In this document: positions 25,813 to 38,304 of the stretch, in pieces
How the letters are laid out: each line of letters begins with the position of its first letter
Position numbering within the stretch: the first letter of the stretch is position 1
Source of the DNA: Mobula hypostoma
Taxonomy: Eukaryota
Direction: 5' to 3'
DNA: 64,000 bases
Assembly (NCBI RefSeq): GCF_963921235.1
Contig: NC_086099.1
Coordinates: forward strand, 151,342,001-151,406,000
Notes under the pieces: generated by a model
What the model was told of the DNA's origin: nothing
What the model saw: only the letters and a program-made list of their open reading frames with translations
The model's database searches: none
Made by a program: the position numbers and the translations under genes

Positions 25813-25990
25813 TCAGCAAAGCCAGACAGTGACTCGCCGCGACGGAACACTTATACCAAGATGGTGCTATAGGGAATACAGTCCGGTCGGCAACAGCGTA
25901 CAACATGCAGCCTTATCGCAGGTTCCGCCTCGTGAAAGAAAAGCAAACTCCCCAAAATATGCTGTGGCTCCGTTGGCACTCTGTTGGTGA
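25530..25990. promoter_or_regulatory. CpG-rich island over the first ATPSCKMT coding exon
   Basis: Local high GC and CpG content against an AT-rich, CpG-poor background. Confidence 0.65.
25549..25812 (-). CDS. ATPSCKMT: ATPSCKMT coding exon 1
   Basis: ATG directly preceded by an in-frame TGA; MSAG...[10 protein letters not shown] / gtgagt. Confidence 0.93.
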
Positions 25991-26194
25991 GGCTGTGAAG
26001 TGTGAAAAGAAAACAGAATATTTCAAAGATAGTGGTTTTCCTTGTGTATTAGCATTCCAACTGGTATTTCCCTTTGCACACCAGACCAGTCATCTGGCAT
26101 TCCAACTGCCAGGGTATTTTCACCGCTAATTAGCACACGGCAACCCCATTTTAACCTCTTTTTTTCCTATTGGCCGTACACGCTTTGGGATCTC

Positions 26195-26400
26195 ACAAAC
26201 AATAGAAAATCTGCAGATGCTGGAAATCCACAACGACACACATAAAATGCTGGAAGAACTCAGCAGGCCAGGCAGCATCTATGGAGAGGAGTAAACAATC
26301 GACGTTTCTGACCGAGAACCTTCATCATTCCTGAAGAAGGGTCTCCCTAAACGTTGACTACTGTATTTACTCTTTAATATAGATCCTGCCTGGCCTGCAA
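26195..26400. mobile_element. Penelope-tail fold-back unit
   Basis: Complete tail on the minus strand up to tgatgaagg, then plus-strand ctgaagaagggtctc..aaacgttgact..cctgcctggcctgc. Confidence 0.85.
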
Positions 26401-26409
26401 AGGGACTGA

Positions 26410-27030
26410 CTCCTTGAAATCTGCCCCGACTTTCTACTTGTAAAAGATCGTGAGTGACCCAGTTGTTGACCTCAACTCTATTTACAACCTTCTGGTATTC
26501 ACCATTGATTCTCCCCACCCCACCCACTAAGACGACCCCAACAGATTTCCCAGCTGAACTGTTGCCTCACCTGGAAGGACATGCTGGGGACCTGAATGGA
26601 AATGAGGGAAGGGGTGAATGGGCAGGTGCAGCATTTCTGTCGCTTGTAGGGATATGTGCCAGGAGTAAGATTAGTGGGGAGGGATGAATGGACAACAGTA
26701 TCATGGAAGGAGAAATCCTTGCAGAAAGTGGGAGAGATGTATGTGATCACCAGGAATTCTGCAGATGCTGGAAATTCAAGCAACACACATCAAAGTTGCT
26801 GGTGAACGCAGCAGGCCAGGCAGCATCTCTAGGAAGAGGTACAGTCAACCTTTTGGGCCAAGACCTTTCGTCAGGACTAACTGCCTGAAACGTCGATTGT
26901 ACCTCTTCCTAGAGATGCTGCCTGGCCTGCTGCGTTCACCAGCAACTTTGATGTGTGTTGCTTGAGATGTATGTGATGATAGATTCCTGTTGAAGATGGC
27001 GGAAGGTGCAGTCACTTGCGGGGATTTGTG
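26410..27030 (-). mobile_element. older Penelope internal fragment, interrupted at 26748-26963
   Basis: PGTYPYKRQKCCTCPF..SFQVRQQF is homologous to 61000-61260. The sequence resumes after the insertion. Confidence 0.8.
26748..26963. mobile_element. Penelope-tail fold-back unit with 14-bp TSD
   Basis: Perfect 68-bp inverted arms at 26776-26843 and 26898-26965. TSD gagatgtatgtgat at 26734-26747 and 26964-26977. Confidence 0.9.
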
Positions 27031-28069
27031 ATAGGAGGGAGACACATATTCTGCTCAATGTGCAAAAGAAGGCAAACTCTGCAAATAAAATAATAATACT
27101 GAGAACACGAGTCATAAAGAATCTTTGAAAGTGAGCCTGTAAGTCACAGAATCAGCTCAGAGTAGTGGTGATCGAAGTTACCTACACTGGCTCATGAACC
27201 TGATGGTTGTAGGGTGATAACTGTTCCTGAACCTGGTGGTGTGGGACCTGAGGCTTCTGTACCTCCTGCCTGATAGTTATAGTGGGAAGAGTGCATGGCC
27301 TGGAATATATGCATTCAGTCTCATTAAACTTGTTCACATAAATTGTAAATAACCAAGATCTCCAATTCTGATGTCTATGGCACCTTACAGATCAAACCCA
27401 AGTTATGAATGTACAACTCATTAGCATGCCTGCATCTGAATGAGCTCCCATAATACTATCAAATTCAAAGGTTCAATGTATGTATGTAGGAATACGTTTA
27501 TTCCTACACACAGCAGAACTAGTTTTCTCTCCCTCTTCACTTTCAGCCTTATGTGCTTTTTGCATACTGTGAAGTATGGTTGCCATATTGAATAAATATC
27601 CTGAGTGTTCTGTCTTATGGACAGAATTGACTTATGAATGTCTGTAAAACAATCCATTTGATACCCAGGGACAGCCTGTACAGGAGCTAGAAGCTCCTGC
27701 TATTGCTGATCTATCATCATTCCTGCTAGGTTTAAGTGGCAGTGACATTTCATTTCCGGATGAGCTCAGGGCCTTTTATACACACTTGGAAAGAGAGAGC
27801 AAACTTCTGGGACAGCAATTGACTCGTACAGTAGTTAGATGGAAAGGAACAAATATTCCCGTTTCAGCTAAGAACCACAACTGTATCTAAGGTCTGAACA
27901 GTTAGTAATGACTTTTTCATGTGATTAAACAATCTATTGATGCTTAAAACCGATAGAAATAGATCGGACTATGGCCCGCTGACTGTCCCTTTAAGATGGC
28001 GGCAGTGGAAAGATTGTTGTGCTGGGATAATGGTTCATTTAAAAGATAGAGGTTTTTGACTTCCAATAA

Positions 28070-29350
28070 CAACCATCTTGCTGCAAATGTACAGTCTCTG
28101 GTAATAAAATTGAGGATCTCAGAGACAGTGTGCTGTACCAGAGGGAAATTAAAAGCTGTTGCATTTTTTTTGTTTCATGCAATCTTGGTTAACCCCTTCC
28201 ATTCCGGACACAGCAATTCAGATTGACAGGTTCACAATACATTACCAAGATAGGACTGCTGAGTCTTTTAAAGCCAAAGGTGGAGGGGTGAGCTTCATGA
28301 TCAATTCCTTGTGGTGGTGCTGTCCCAGTCCCATTCACTAGACCTGGAATACCTTGTGATCAAATGCCATCCATTTTACCTGTTGTGAAGGATTTCAGCC
28401 ATAATTTTGGTAGCAGCGTATGTTCCACCTCAGGCCAAAGTCAAACAGGCTCTAGATGATCCAAGCAATGGGATCACCATGCACGAAACAGCACACACTG
28501 ACGCCTTCACCATCATTTTGGGGAATTTTAACTAAGCCAGCTTGAAAAAGTCACTAAATAATTATCATCAACAAATCACTTGTAGTAGCAGAGGAAACAA
28601 CACACTGGACCACTGTTACACCAGCATCAAGAGTGCCTACCGTGCTATTCCACGCCTACACTTTGGAAAGTCTGATCACCTAGCTGTACTTCTATTCCCT
28701 GACTACAGGCAGAGACTGAAGACTGCAGCACCAGTAGTGAAGACCAAGAAGGTATGGGCAAGGGAGACACGAGCCCTTACAGGACTACTTTGGATCAGTG
28801 GACTGGACTGTATTCGGGGATTCATCTTCGAGTCTGGATGAGTATGCCGCAGTTGTCACCAACTTCATTAAAACCTGTGTGGATGAGTGTGTGCCTACAA
28901 ACACATACTGTACATACCCAAATCAAAAGCCGTGGATGAACCAGGAGGTTTGTTGTCTGCTGAAGTCTAGATCTGTGGCATTTAAGTCTAGCGACACAGG
29001 TCTGTACAAGGAAACCAGGTATGACTTGCGGAGAGCTACTTCAAGAGTGAAGAAACAATCCTGAGCGAGGTTGGAGGCGACATCAGATGCCCGTTTTGAA
29101 AGGGAGAATAAAACTACAGCTGTGAGGATCCCTGCTGCACCCAGTGACCTTGTAATCTCTGTCTCTGAGGCCGACATCAGACTGTCTTTCAGGAGTGTGA
29201 ATCCTCTCAAGGTGGCAGGCCCCGATGGAGTACTGATAAGGCTCTAAAGTCTTGTGTCAGCCAATTGGCAGGGGGTATTCAAAGACATTTTTAATCTCAA
29301 ACTGCTAAGGTCAGAAGTTCCCACCTGCTTCAAAAGGGCAACAATTACAG
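28070..29350 (+). mobile_element. Rex1/Babar LINE (APE endonuclease to start of RT), decayed
   Basis: LLANVQSL, FCFMQSWL, GGGV, TLDHCY, GKSDH, YPNQKPWMN, VPTCFKRATI. Confidence 0.9.
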
Positions 29351-29356
29351 TAATTA

Positions 29357-29950
29357 CAGTGCCTATAAAAAGTATTCACCCCCCCCAGCAAGTTTTCATG
29401 TTTTATTGTTTTACAATATTGAATCACAGTAGATTTAATTTGGCTTTTTTGACACTGATCGACAGAAACAGACTTGTGTCAAAATGAAAACCGATCTCTA
29501 CAAAGTGATCTAAATTAATTACAAATATAAAATACAAAATGATTTATTGCACAAGTATTCACCCTCCTTTTAATATGACACACCAAATCATCACCGGTTC
29601 ATTTGTTTTAGAAGTCACATGATTAGTTAAATGGAGATTACCTGTGTGCTGTCAAGGTGTTTTAATTGATTGTAGTAAAAATACACCTTTATCTGCATAG
29701 TCCAACTGTATCCGTCAAAAACTACACCATGAAGAGAAAAGAACATTCCAAGCAACTCTGCAACAAGGTTATTAAAAAGTCAGGAGACGGATACAAGAAA
29801 CTTTCCAAGTCACTGAATATCCGTTGGAGTACAGTTAAATCAGTCATCAAGAAATGGAAAGAATATGGCGCAGCTGTAAATCTGCCTAGAGCAGACCATC
29901 CTCGAAAACTGAGTGACCATGCAAGAAGGGGACTAGTGAGGAAGGCCGCC
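29357..29950 (+). mobile_element. Tc1 transposon 5' fragment
   Basis: TA-cagtgcctataaaaagtattcacccc terminus; MKRKEHSKQL..SGDGYKKLSKSLNIRWSTVKSVIKKWKEYG. Confidence 0.9.
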
Positions 29951-30080
29951 AATAGTTGTTGAAAAGCAATGTGACACTACTGTATTTGACATATCAGGCA
30001 TACCTTGAGAAAACTCGACTGAAGAAGTTATGTTATTTCCAGGCCAAGCCTGTGCATTATTGCAGTTCACTACTGTAGAA

Positions 30081-33000
30081 CAGTGTTAGCTAGTACAATT
30101 CCAATACTCTTATAAATTAGGGTATGGCATCCAATGGGGGTAAAGTTCAGAATCTGCCCTTTCAAATGGTCTTGACTACATTTCTCTAGCCCGTGGACCA
30201 ACCAAGTGATTGCTACCTTCAGGCATAGAGTCAGGTTTTGCCTGAGTTATAACAATGTCATAATTTTCCCCTTTATTAATCACAGCACTTGTAGTGTTCT
30301 CATGCAATGTGTTGAAACTCTGACTAAACACCAAGTTAAACCAGAGCCAATGAACACAGAGTCATAGTAAGGTTAACCATTTACTGTTCACTCTTCCACA
30401 TTAACATCATATGGCGAAAACTGTTAATAAAAAAATACAAACATATACAGCGTCTGTTTCATTCTGGAGACCACGCGCTCTCTTCTTTTAGTGAGTGTCT
30501 CCAGCCGCCCCAAATAGCGGGTGAGAGGGGTCCCGTCAAACCACCACCAGGCCCGAACCCACCCCGTGTTTGAAATTGAAAAGCCGACACACGTGCCACC
30601 CGAACCGCTGCTTCCTTAACAGAAACCGCGTTAATATTTTTACTTCAAATACTTTCATAGGAACTTACAGCATTGCTTCTATAATGTTTCTTTGTGGGTA
30701 GAAACGGAGCTCTTCACGATCATGCTGCACGCATGGCACCCACCTTCACACCTTCCCAAACCGGAGTTACACATAAGACGCGGTGAAACCAGAGGTGATG
30801 TCATCACATGCCGCAATATACCATAGACAATGACTTACCTTTGTTAAACTGTAACTTAATTATCAACCTTTAACTTTAACTAGAAAATAGTTACAGACAA
30901 ATCATTTAAAGCGTGGACCCAACAAAGTGAAATAAATGCCTTAAAGGCAACACAGCACTTGAAGTTTAACAATAAGCAAATGATCGTGGTTGTTAATCCA
31001 TAATGAAAGTGGCATAAGAAGATCAAAGGAAAAAGAAGTGTAGACAGTATAATGTGGAATATCTGAAATATGAATTTATACAAGCGCTAAGCAACAAACA
31101 GCAGGCAATATGGCTGTTGTGTGAAAAAAAAATTAAGTGAGGCAATGAGACCATCTAGGCTCCTTGAACATTTGAAGAGAATACATTCTAATAAAGCAAA
31201 CAAGAACTTGGCTTATTTTCAGTCACTCTGTGAAAACTTTCAGAAATGGAAAACACTTCAGAATATGTCTGCCAGCACTTCACAATGAAACAGTGATGGT
31301 TTGCATACTTCATACAACATTTCATTGCTCATTGCTAAATCTCAACAACTGATTCTGCCAGCAGTAAGGGAGGTTCTGAGTACGGTTTTGCATAAATCAC
31401 CGGACCAAATAATTAAAGTGATTCTGCTAAGCAACAACCCTTTTCAAAGATGAATGGATGAAATGTCTGAAAATGTGGAAGACACATTGTGCAACATACT
31501 TAGGACAACAAAATTTGCTCTATAGTTGGATGAGTCAACTTTGCCCGGCAATGAATCTTTGCTTCTTGGTTAAGTTTGCTTCATAAAAAAATGAAAACAT
31601 CGTTCAAGAGTTATTTTCAAGGGTATTAGAAAATGATACAAAGTAAGAGTCAATATTATGGGCTATAGAGCAATTTTTTCAAAGAGAAGACAATTCTGCT
31701 CATCAACATTCTTGCTTCTGTAACAGATGGGGCACCATCAATGACAGGACACCATCGTAGGATATTACTTGCTTGAAAAAAGCTGTAGCATATTGACCAT
31801 TCACTGAGTTATTCACAGACAACACCTTGTGGCAAAAAATCTAAATGATCAGCTGCACAAATCATTAAATGCTTAGATCACAGTGGTAATTAAATCAAGC
31901 CCCATGCTCTCAATTCTCGACTATTTCAAGAGCTTTGTATTGAGAATGATAAATAGTTTGAACATTTACTGTTGCACATAGAAGTCAGGTGGCTCTCAAA
32001 AGGAAATGGCCTGAAGTGCTATTATGTGTTTTTTGAAACTGATAAAATTCTTTGAAAACTCAAATACTTCATTCAGTAATCAACTCAAGAATATGAGCCA
32101 TGACATTGCTTACTTGCCTGAGTTATTTGCAAAGTTTTATGAAGTCAATCTTCAATTGCAAGGAAATGAATATGATGTGAATCTTATCAAAATCAAATCA
32201 CTTGTCTCCACATTTCTGTCTAAGTTAACTCTATTTATGTGCAACATTGCCCGTCGCAACCTTTTCCAATTTCTGAGTTTCTCTGAGTTGAAACAGAAAG
32301 AAAGAATACCAGATGATGATCTTCAAGTATACTGTGCTCACCTGGGTGAGCTGTATAAAAACGTGTCAGAGAAATTTCAGGATATTCTCTCGATCCAAAT
32401 TTCAGTTTGGGTAATAAACTGTGATATAAGCAGATGCAATCTCAATGGCTCTCTACACAGCTTTAGACCACCTAGACAACACAAATACCAATGTCAGGGT
32501 GCTGTTCCTCAACTATAGCTCAGCATTTAATACCATCATTTCCACAATCCTGATTGAGAAGTTACAGAACCTGGGCCTCTGTACCTCCCTCTGCAATTGG
32601 ATCCTCGACTTCCTAACCGGAAGACCACAATCTGTGCGGATTGGTGATAACATCTCCTCCTCGCTGACGATCAACACTGGTACACTGGTGCAGGGGGGTG
32701 TGCTTAGCCCACTGCTCTACTCTCTCTATACCCATGACTTTGTGGCTAGGCATAGCTCAAATACCATCTATAAATTTGCTGATGATATAACCATCGTTGG
32801 TAGAATCCTAGATGGTGACGAGAAGGCATACAGAAGCGAATGGTGTAGTGTCGCAGCAACAACCTGGCACCCAACATCAGGAAGCCGAAAGAGCTGATTG
32901 TGGACTTCATACCAATCCTCATAGAGGGATCAGAAGTGGAGAGAGTGAGCAGTTTCAAGTTCCTGGGTATCAAGATCTCTGAGAACCTAACCTGGTCCCA

Positions 33001-34267
33001 ACATATCAATGCAGTTATAAAGAAGGCACGACAACCGCTATACTTAATTAGGAGTTTGAAGCGATTTAGTATGTCAACAAATACACTCAAAGACTTCTAT
33101 AGTTGTACCGTGGAGAGCATTCTGACAGGCTGTTTGGTTTGTGGGGGAGGGGCTACTGCACAGGACTGAAAGAAGCTGCAGAGGGTTGTAAATTTAGTGG
33201 GCTCCATCTTGGGTACTATCCTACAAAGAACCCAAGACACCTTCAAGGAGCAGTGTCTCAGAAAGGCAGCATCCATTATTAAGGACCTCCAGCACCCAGG
33301 GCATGCCTTTTTCTCATTGTTACCATCAGAGAGGAGGTACAGAAGCCTGAAGGCACACACGCAGCGATTCAGGAACAGCTTCTTCCCCTCTGCCATCTGA
33401 TTCCCAAATGGACATTGAACCTGTGAACACAACCTCACTTTTTTAATATATATTATTTCTGGTTTTTGCACAATTTTTTATCTATTCAATACAAGTATAT
33501 GGTAATTTATTTATTTTTCTTCTATATTATATATTGCATCGAACTGCTGCTGCTAAGTTAACAAATTTCTTGACATATGCTAGTGATAATAAACCCGATT
33601 CCGATTCTAAATCCATTCCTGAACACTTGTAATGAGGAATTAACAGGATGGATGGAGAGGGATTGATCTCACTACAAAATGACTTTGAGCCAAAGCCGAG
33701 GTTCAAAAAATCATATCAAAACATTTGGTTGCAGAAAGAAATCTCTGAATGCTATCCTGCTTTGTAGAAAAAGATCAAGATGTACTTTATTGTCTATCCA
33801 AGATCACATCTAGTGGAGTGCAGTTTCAGTGCAGTCACCCACTTCTTTCAAAGCAATGAAACTGCCTGCAAATTACTGAACGTGGTGAATTGAGACTCCT
33901 GAGTTACATTCAGCCTGATGTTGAGAAGCTGATATCACTGCACCAAGCCCATCTATCTCAGTGAAAGGCGGAGAAGCAATGAAGTAGTGAATAGTTGGAC
34001 TACTAATGTATGCTCTAAAATTGTTGACGAAATTGTTTTTACTGTAATTAAATAATTTTATTTGTAGCTTTAAATAGACTTGAAATTTTTTGCAGTTATT
34101 TCTCACTGATTCGAATTTGCAGATCTTATTTTCTTTTCCTGTGCATCATAAATTAAAATCCTTTATAGTTTTTGTGTAATGACCAGAAAGGGGGGGGGGG
34201 GTGGTGGTCTTGGGCTGTGATTTAGGAGCCAAGGAGGCGGTAACCCAAAATAGTTTGAGAACCACTG
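30081..34267 (+). mobile_element. hAT-Charlie (Buster-like) transposon, decayed, split by a Rex1 LINE
   Basis: Transposase remnants ~31000-32420 (MRPSRLLEHL, LDESTL, TDGAPSM, EVRWLSKG, AYLPELFAKFYEVNLQLQG) resume at ~33610 (WVIN|PF). Right terminus gtttgagaaccactg. The left end is tentative: cagtg with flanks ctgtagaa/ctgtagag. Confidence 0.8.
32425..33608 (+). mobile_element. Rex1/Babar LINE, 5'-truncated, nested in the hAT element
   Basis: [45 protein letters not shown]; tail aataaacccgattccgattct. Confidence 0.92.
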
Positions 34268-34554
34268 CTGTAGAGTCACAGCCCTGACATCTACTGGAGA
34301 ATGAGGGAAATTGCCCTGCTACATGGTATTTACAAAATGCAGCATAAATCTAATCTGTCTAATTAATGGCTAACAGCCTACTGTAAATCACCAGCAAAGT
34401 GACAGAAGATCTATTGTCATCAATAAGCAGACTGCTAGAGCCACCCTTGTTTGCTATGTGTCTGATCTGGCACACCAGATTTCTTGTTGGAGCGGTTGGT
34501 TTTCAACTCCTGCCTGTAACGACTTAGATCTGTTTCAGTTTGCGTACCGTCACA

Positions 34555-35785
34555 ATAAGTCAACAGCAGATGCCATTTTATTGGCTCACACTCAGCTCTG
34601 GAACATCAGGCACTGAAGATACATACATCAGGATGCTCTTCATTGTCTACAGCTCAGAATTCAACACTTTCACCCCTTCGAAACTAATCACCAAGCTCCA
34701 AGATCTAGGCCTTCATACATCCCTGTGCAACTAGATTTTTGATTTCTTCACTTGCAGACCCCAGTTACCATCAGCATAGGGACATCACAAGGCTGTGTGC
34801 TTGGCCTTCTGCTCCACTTGGTTTATATTTATGACTGATCGGCTATGTACAGCTGCAAGGCCATTTTAAAGCTTGCTGACACCACCACTGTTGTTTGCCA
34901 AATCAAAGGAGGTTACAAATCAGCATGTAGGAGGAAGATTGAAAATTTGGTTTAAAGGTGCCACAACAACAACCTCGGACTCAATGTCAGCAAAACCAAA
35001 GAGCTGGTTATCGACGACAGGAGGAGGAAGCTGGAGATCCATGAGCCTGTCCTTATTAGGGCATTGGAGGTGGAGATGGTCAGTAACTTTAAATTCCTTG
35101 GCATTATCAAAGAAGGGGATCTGTCCTGGGACCAGCATGTAGGTGGCATCACAAAGACGTCACGAAAACATCTTTACCATATTATAAGTTTCCGCAGATT
35201 CGGTATGTTATCTGAACATTGGATAAACTCCTATAGATAGACTGTGGAGAGTATCCTGACTGGCTGCAACAAGGCCTGGTATGGAAACACCAATGCCTAT
35301 GAATGGAAAAGGTGGTGGACACAGCTCTGTCCATCACAGGCAAAGCCCTCCCAAACACTGAGCATACCTATAGGGGGTGCTGCCACAAAAGTAACAGCAT
35401 CTTTCATCAAGGACACCCCACCATCCAAGCCATGCTCTCATCTCGCTGCTGCCATTGGTAAAGCAGTACAGAAGCCTTAGGTCCTCACCCCACCAGTTTC
35501 AGGAACAATTATTACCCTTCAACCATCTGGCTCCTATACCAGCATGGATAACTTCACTCACATCAACTCTAAACAAATTTTACAAGCTATTGGCTCAGTT
35601 TCAAGAACTTCACAACTCATTTTCTCAACATTATTAGTTTGTTTATTTATTTTGCCATCTGTCTTGTTTTGCACTTTGGCTGTTTGTAGTAGTTTTTAAC
35701 TGATTCTATTGTATTTCTCTGTTATACTGTGAATACCTGCAGGGAAATGAATCTCAAGATAGTATATAGTGACATATACAGTGGA
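34555..35785 (+). mobile_element. older Rex1/Babar LINE
   Basis: YIRMLFIVYSSEFNT..LITKLQDLGL, VESILTGC; degenerate. Confidence 0.85.
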
Positions 35786-35789
35786 TATA

Positions 35790-36420
35790 CAGTGCCTCAG
35801 AAAGGACTTCCCACACACAAACCCATGCTGACTGCCCCGATTCAGACCCTGTCTCTCCAAATGTTGGTAGATCCTATCCCTCAGAATCCCCTCCAGTAAT
35901 TTACCCATGACCAATGTCAGACTTATGGCAAGTAGTTTTCTGGCTTGTGTTTGTTACACACTGGCCACTCTCCAGTCTTCCAGAATCTAACCTGTGGCCA
36001 GGGAAAAAGCAAAAATCTCCACAAGTGCCTGTGCAATTTCTTATCCAACTTTCACAAGGTCCAAGAAGCATCAGGTCAGGCCCTGGAGATTTATCCACTT
36101 TAACACATTTGAAGCCTCCAGTACCTCCTCTCTGCCAATTCATATGTGGTCTAAGACAACACTACTCATTTCTCCAACTTCCATTGTTATCTTCACAGTG
36201 AAAACTGAAGATGAGTATTTATTACAAATCTCACTCCTTTTCTTTAGTTCCACACACAGATTGCCATGTTGATCTTTAAAGGGACCTATTCTCTCCTGAG
36301 ACAGCCTCTTGCTATACCTATAGAATCTCTTGGTATTTTACTTCACCTTGCCTGTCAGTTCCTTGTCATATTCTGCTTTTGCCATCCTAACTTCTCCCAT
36401 AAGTGTATTCCTACACATAT
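35790..36420 (-). mobile_element. CR1-type RT fragment
   Basis: KVDKSPGPD; GKLLEGILRDRIYQHLE..SQHGFVCGKS. Confidence 0.8.
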
Positions 36421-36960
36421 ACTCCCATACTCGATGTTCCAAATAATGTGTTGACCTGATTCACAGGAATTTTGCCTTTATGTAGATTCTTCCACATATT
36501 TTAAAGTGTTTTTGCAGATGGTAATTTGAATATGTATTGTAGTATTAATTAATGATTGGGTATAATATTTGTTCCATCAGATTAATTATGGGTGGTGTTT
36601 GGGTGACTACTCAATGAAATTAAGAGTACATGATACAGATAACAAAAAACCCATATTTTCTGAGAAATCAGCTTATGGAGTTGTCAGGAACAGAACTCTT
36701 AAATAACCTGGGCACTGTCTGTATTGTTTCCTCCTTGATAGAACACTTGGTCAAATGTTCCACTGATGTCAAGGACAATCACTTTCACTTTGGCATTTAA
36801 TCTCTTTGGCCCACGTTTGGACTAAAGCTATTATGAGGCTTGGAACCGAGAGCCCCAGATGAAAACCAAACTGCATCAATGAGCAGATTAGTGAAGAGGG
36901 CTGCTGTTAGGGCTATTGACTTTACAGCATCAGAAGAAAATAATGGCTAATAACGAAATG

Positions 36961-37493
36961 TACATTCAGTGGCTACTTAATTAGGTAGCTCCTGTATGTA
37001 ATAGTGGCCACTGAGTCTATATTTGCTGTAGCCCATTCACTTCAAGGTTCAACGTGTTGTGCATTCAGAGAACCTCTTCTGCACACAACTGTTGTAATGT
37101 GTGGTACTTGAGTTACTGTCAACTTGAAAGAGTTTGGCCATTCTCCTCTGATCTCTCTCATTAACAAGGCATTTTTGCCTACAAAACTGCTGCTCACTGG
37201 ATTTTTTTTTGGTACCATTCTCTGTACGAGACTGTTGTTCATGAAAATCCCAGGAGAGCAGTAGTTACTGGGATATTCAAAGCGCCCGGGCTAGCACCCA
37301 CAATCACTCCACCATCAAAGTCACTTAGATCACATTTCTTCCCCATTTGGATGTTTGGTCTGAACAATAACTGGACCTCTTGACCGTGTCTGCATGCTTT
37401 TATGCATTGAGTTGCTGTTACATGATCAGCTGAATAGATTTTGTCTTAACGCACAGGTGTACAGCTGTAAACCTAAAGTGGGCACTGAGTGTA
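36961..37493 (-). mobile_element. Tc1-family non-autonomous element with both TIRs
   Basis: tacattcagtggctact ... aaagtgggcactgagtgta; body homologous to 16303-16830. Confidence 0.8.
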
Positions 37494-37779
37494 TTCCAAT
37501 AAAAATTGAAGCCAAATACTCAAAAAAAAAACAAATGCTCTCTATTGATGTATTGTAAAATGTTTGGTAATTACTTTAGTTAAACTGCATTCTACTCACA
37601 TTCATTTCTATTAATTTTTGTGACTCGGATTTTGAAGTCATAACAGTGAAGTAGACAATCTTAACTGTTACTACACTATGAAAATGTGAAAAAGCTATTT
37701 CTGGAGCATCCATATGCACAGTTAAACGAAGAATTCTAAAGTTGCTGCTTTTGGCACCGTGCTCCTCCGCATAATACAT

Positions 37780-38196
37780 TATTCTTGTATCCATCTCCTG
37801 ACTTGTGCTTTTCAATAACCTTCTTGTGGAGTTGCATAGAGTGTTTTTTTTGTCTTCGTGGTGGAGCTTCTGCAAGGATACTGACTCACAAGCAGTTGGG
37901 CCTTCCAGATAAAGCTGTATTTTTACTATAATCAATTGCACACAGTGATCTCCATTCAACTAATTATGTGACTTCTAAAACCAATCGGCTGCACCAGTGA
38001 TGATTTGGTGTGTCATATTAAAGCCGGTGAATACTTATGCAATCAATTATTTTGTGTTTATATTTGTGATTAATTTGACACAGAACTGTTCTGCTGATCA
38101 GTGTAAAAATAATCAAATTGAATCCAGTGTGATTCAATATTGTAAAACAATAAAACAATAAAAATTTCAAGGGGTGAATTCTTTTTATAGGCACTG
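37780..38196 (-). mobile_element. Tc1 transposon 5' fragment (same family as 29357)
   Basis: Minus strand begins TA-cagtgcctataaaaagaattcacccc and continues into the transposase start. Confidence 0.88.
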
Positions 38197-38304
38197 TATA
38201 CACACCGACACTCCTTTTACTGCTTCAAATAATTCAGTTGTTAGTTCTCAATCATAGCTACTGTCAGATAACCTCTCTGGCCATGAATTATTTTTAGATG
38301 TAAT

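Noticed and set aside
25571-25990. 139-aa plus-strand ORF and other overlapping ORFs
   Set aside because: These are antisense or alternate-frame shadows of the GC-rich ATPSCKMT exon, with no recognisable domain.
26748-26963. pre-miRNA or CRISPR-like repeat
   Set aside because: The arms are Penelope tail sequence with a TSD. There is no repeat-spacer periodicity anywhere in this eukaryotic window.
28070-33608. Rex1 pieces at 28.1-29.35 kb and 32.4-33.6 kb as one interrupted LINE
   Set aside because: The second piece is nested inside the hAT transposase, and part of the RT between the pieces is missing, so they are separate insertions.
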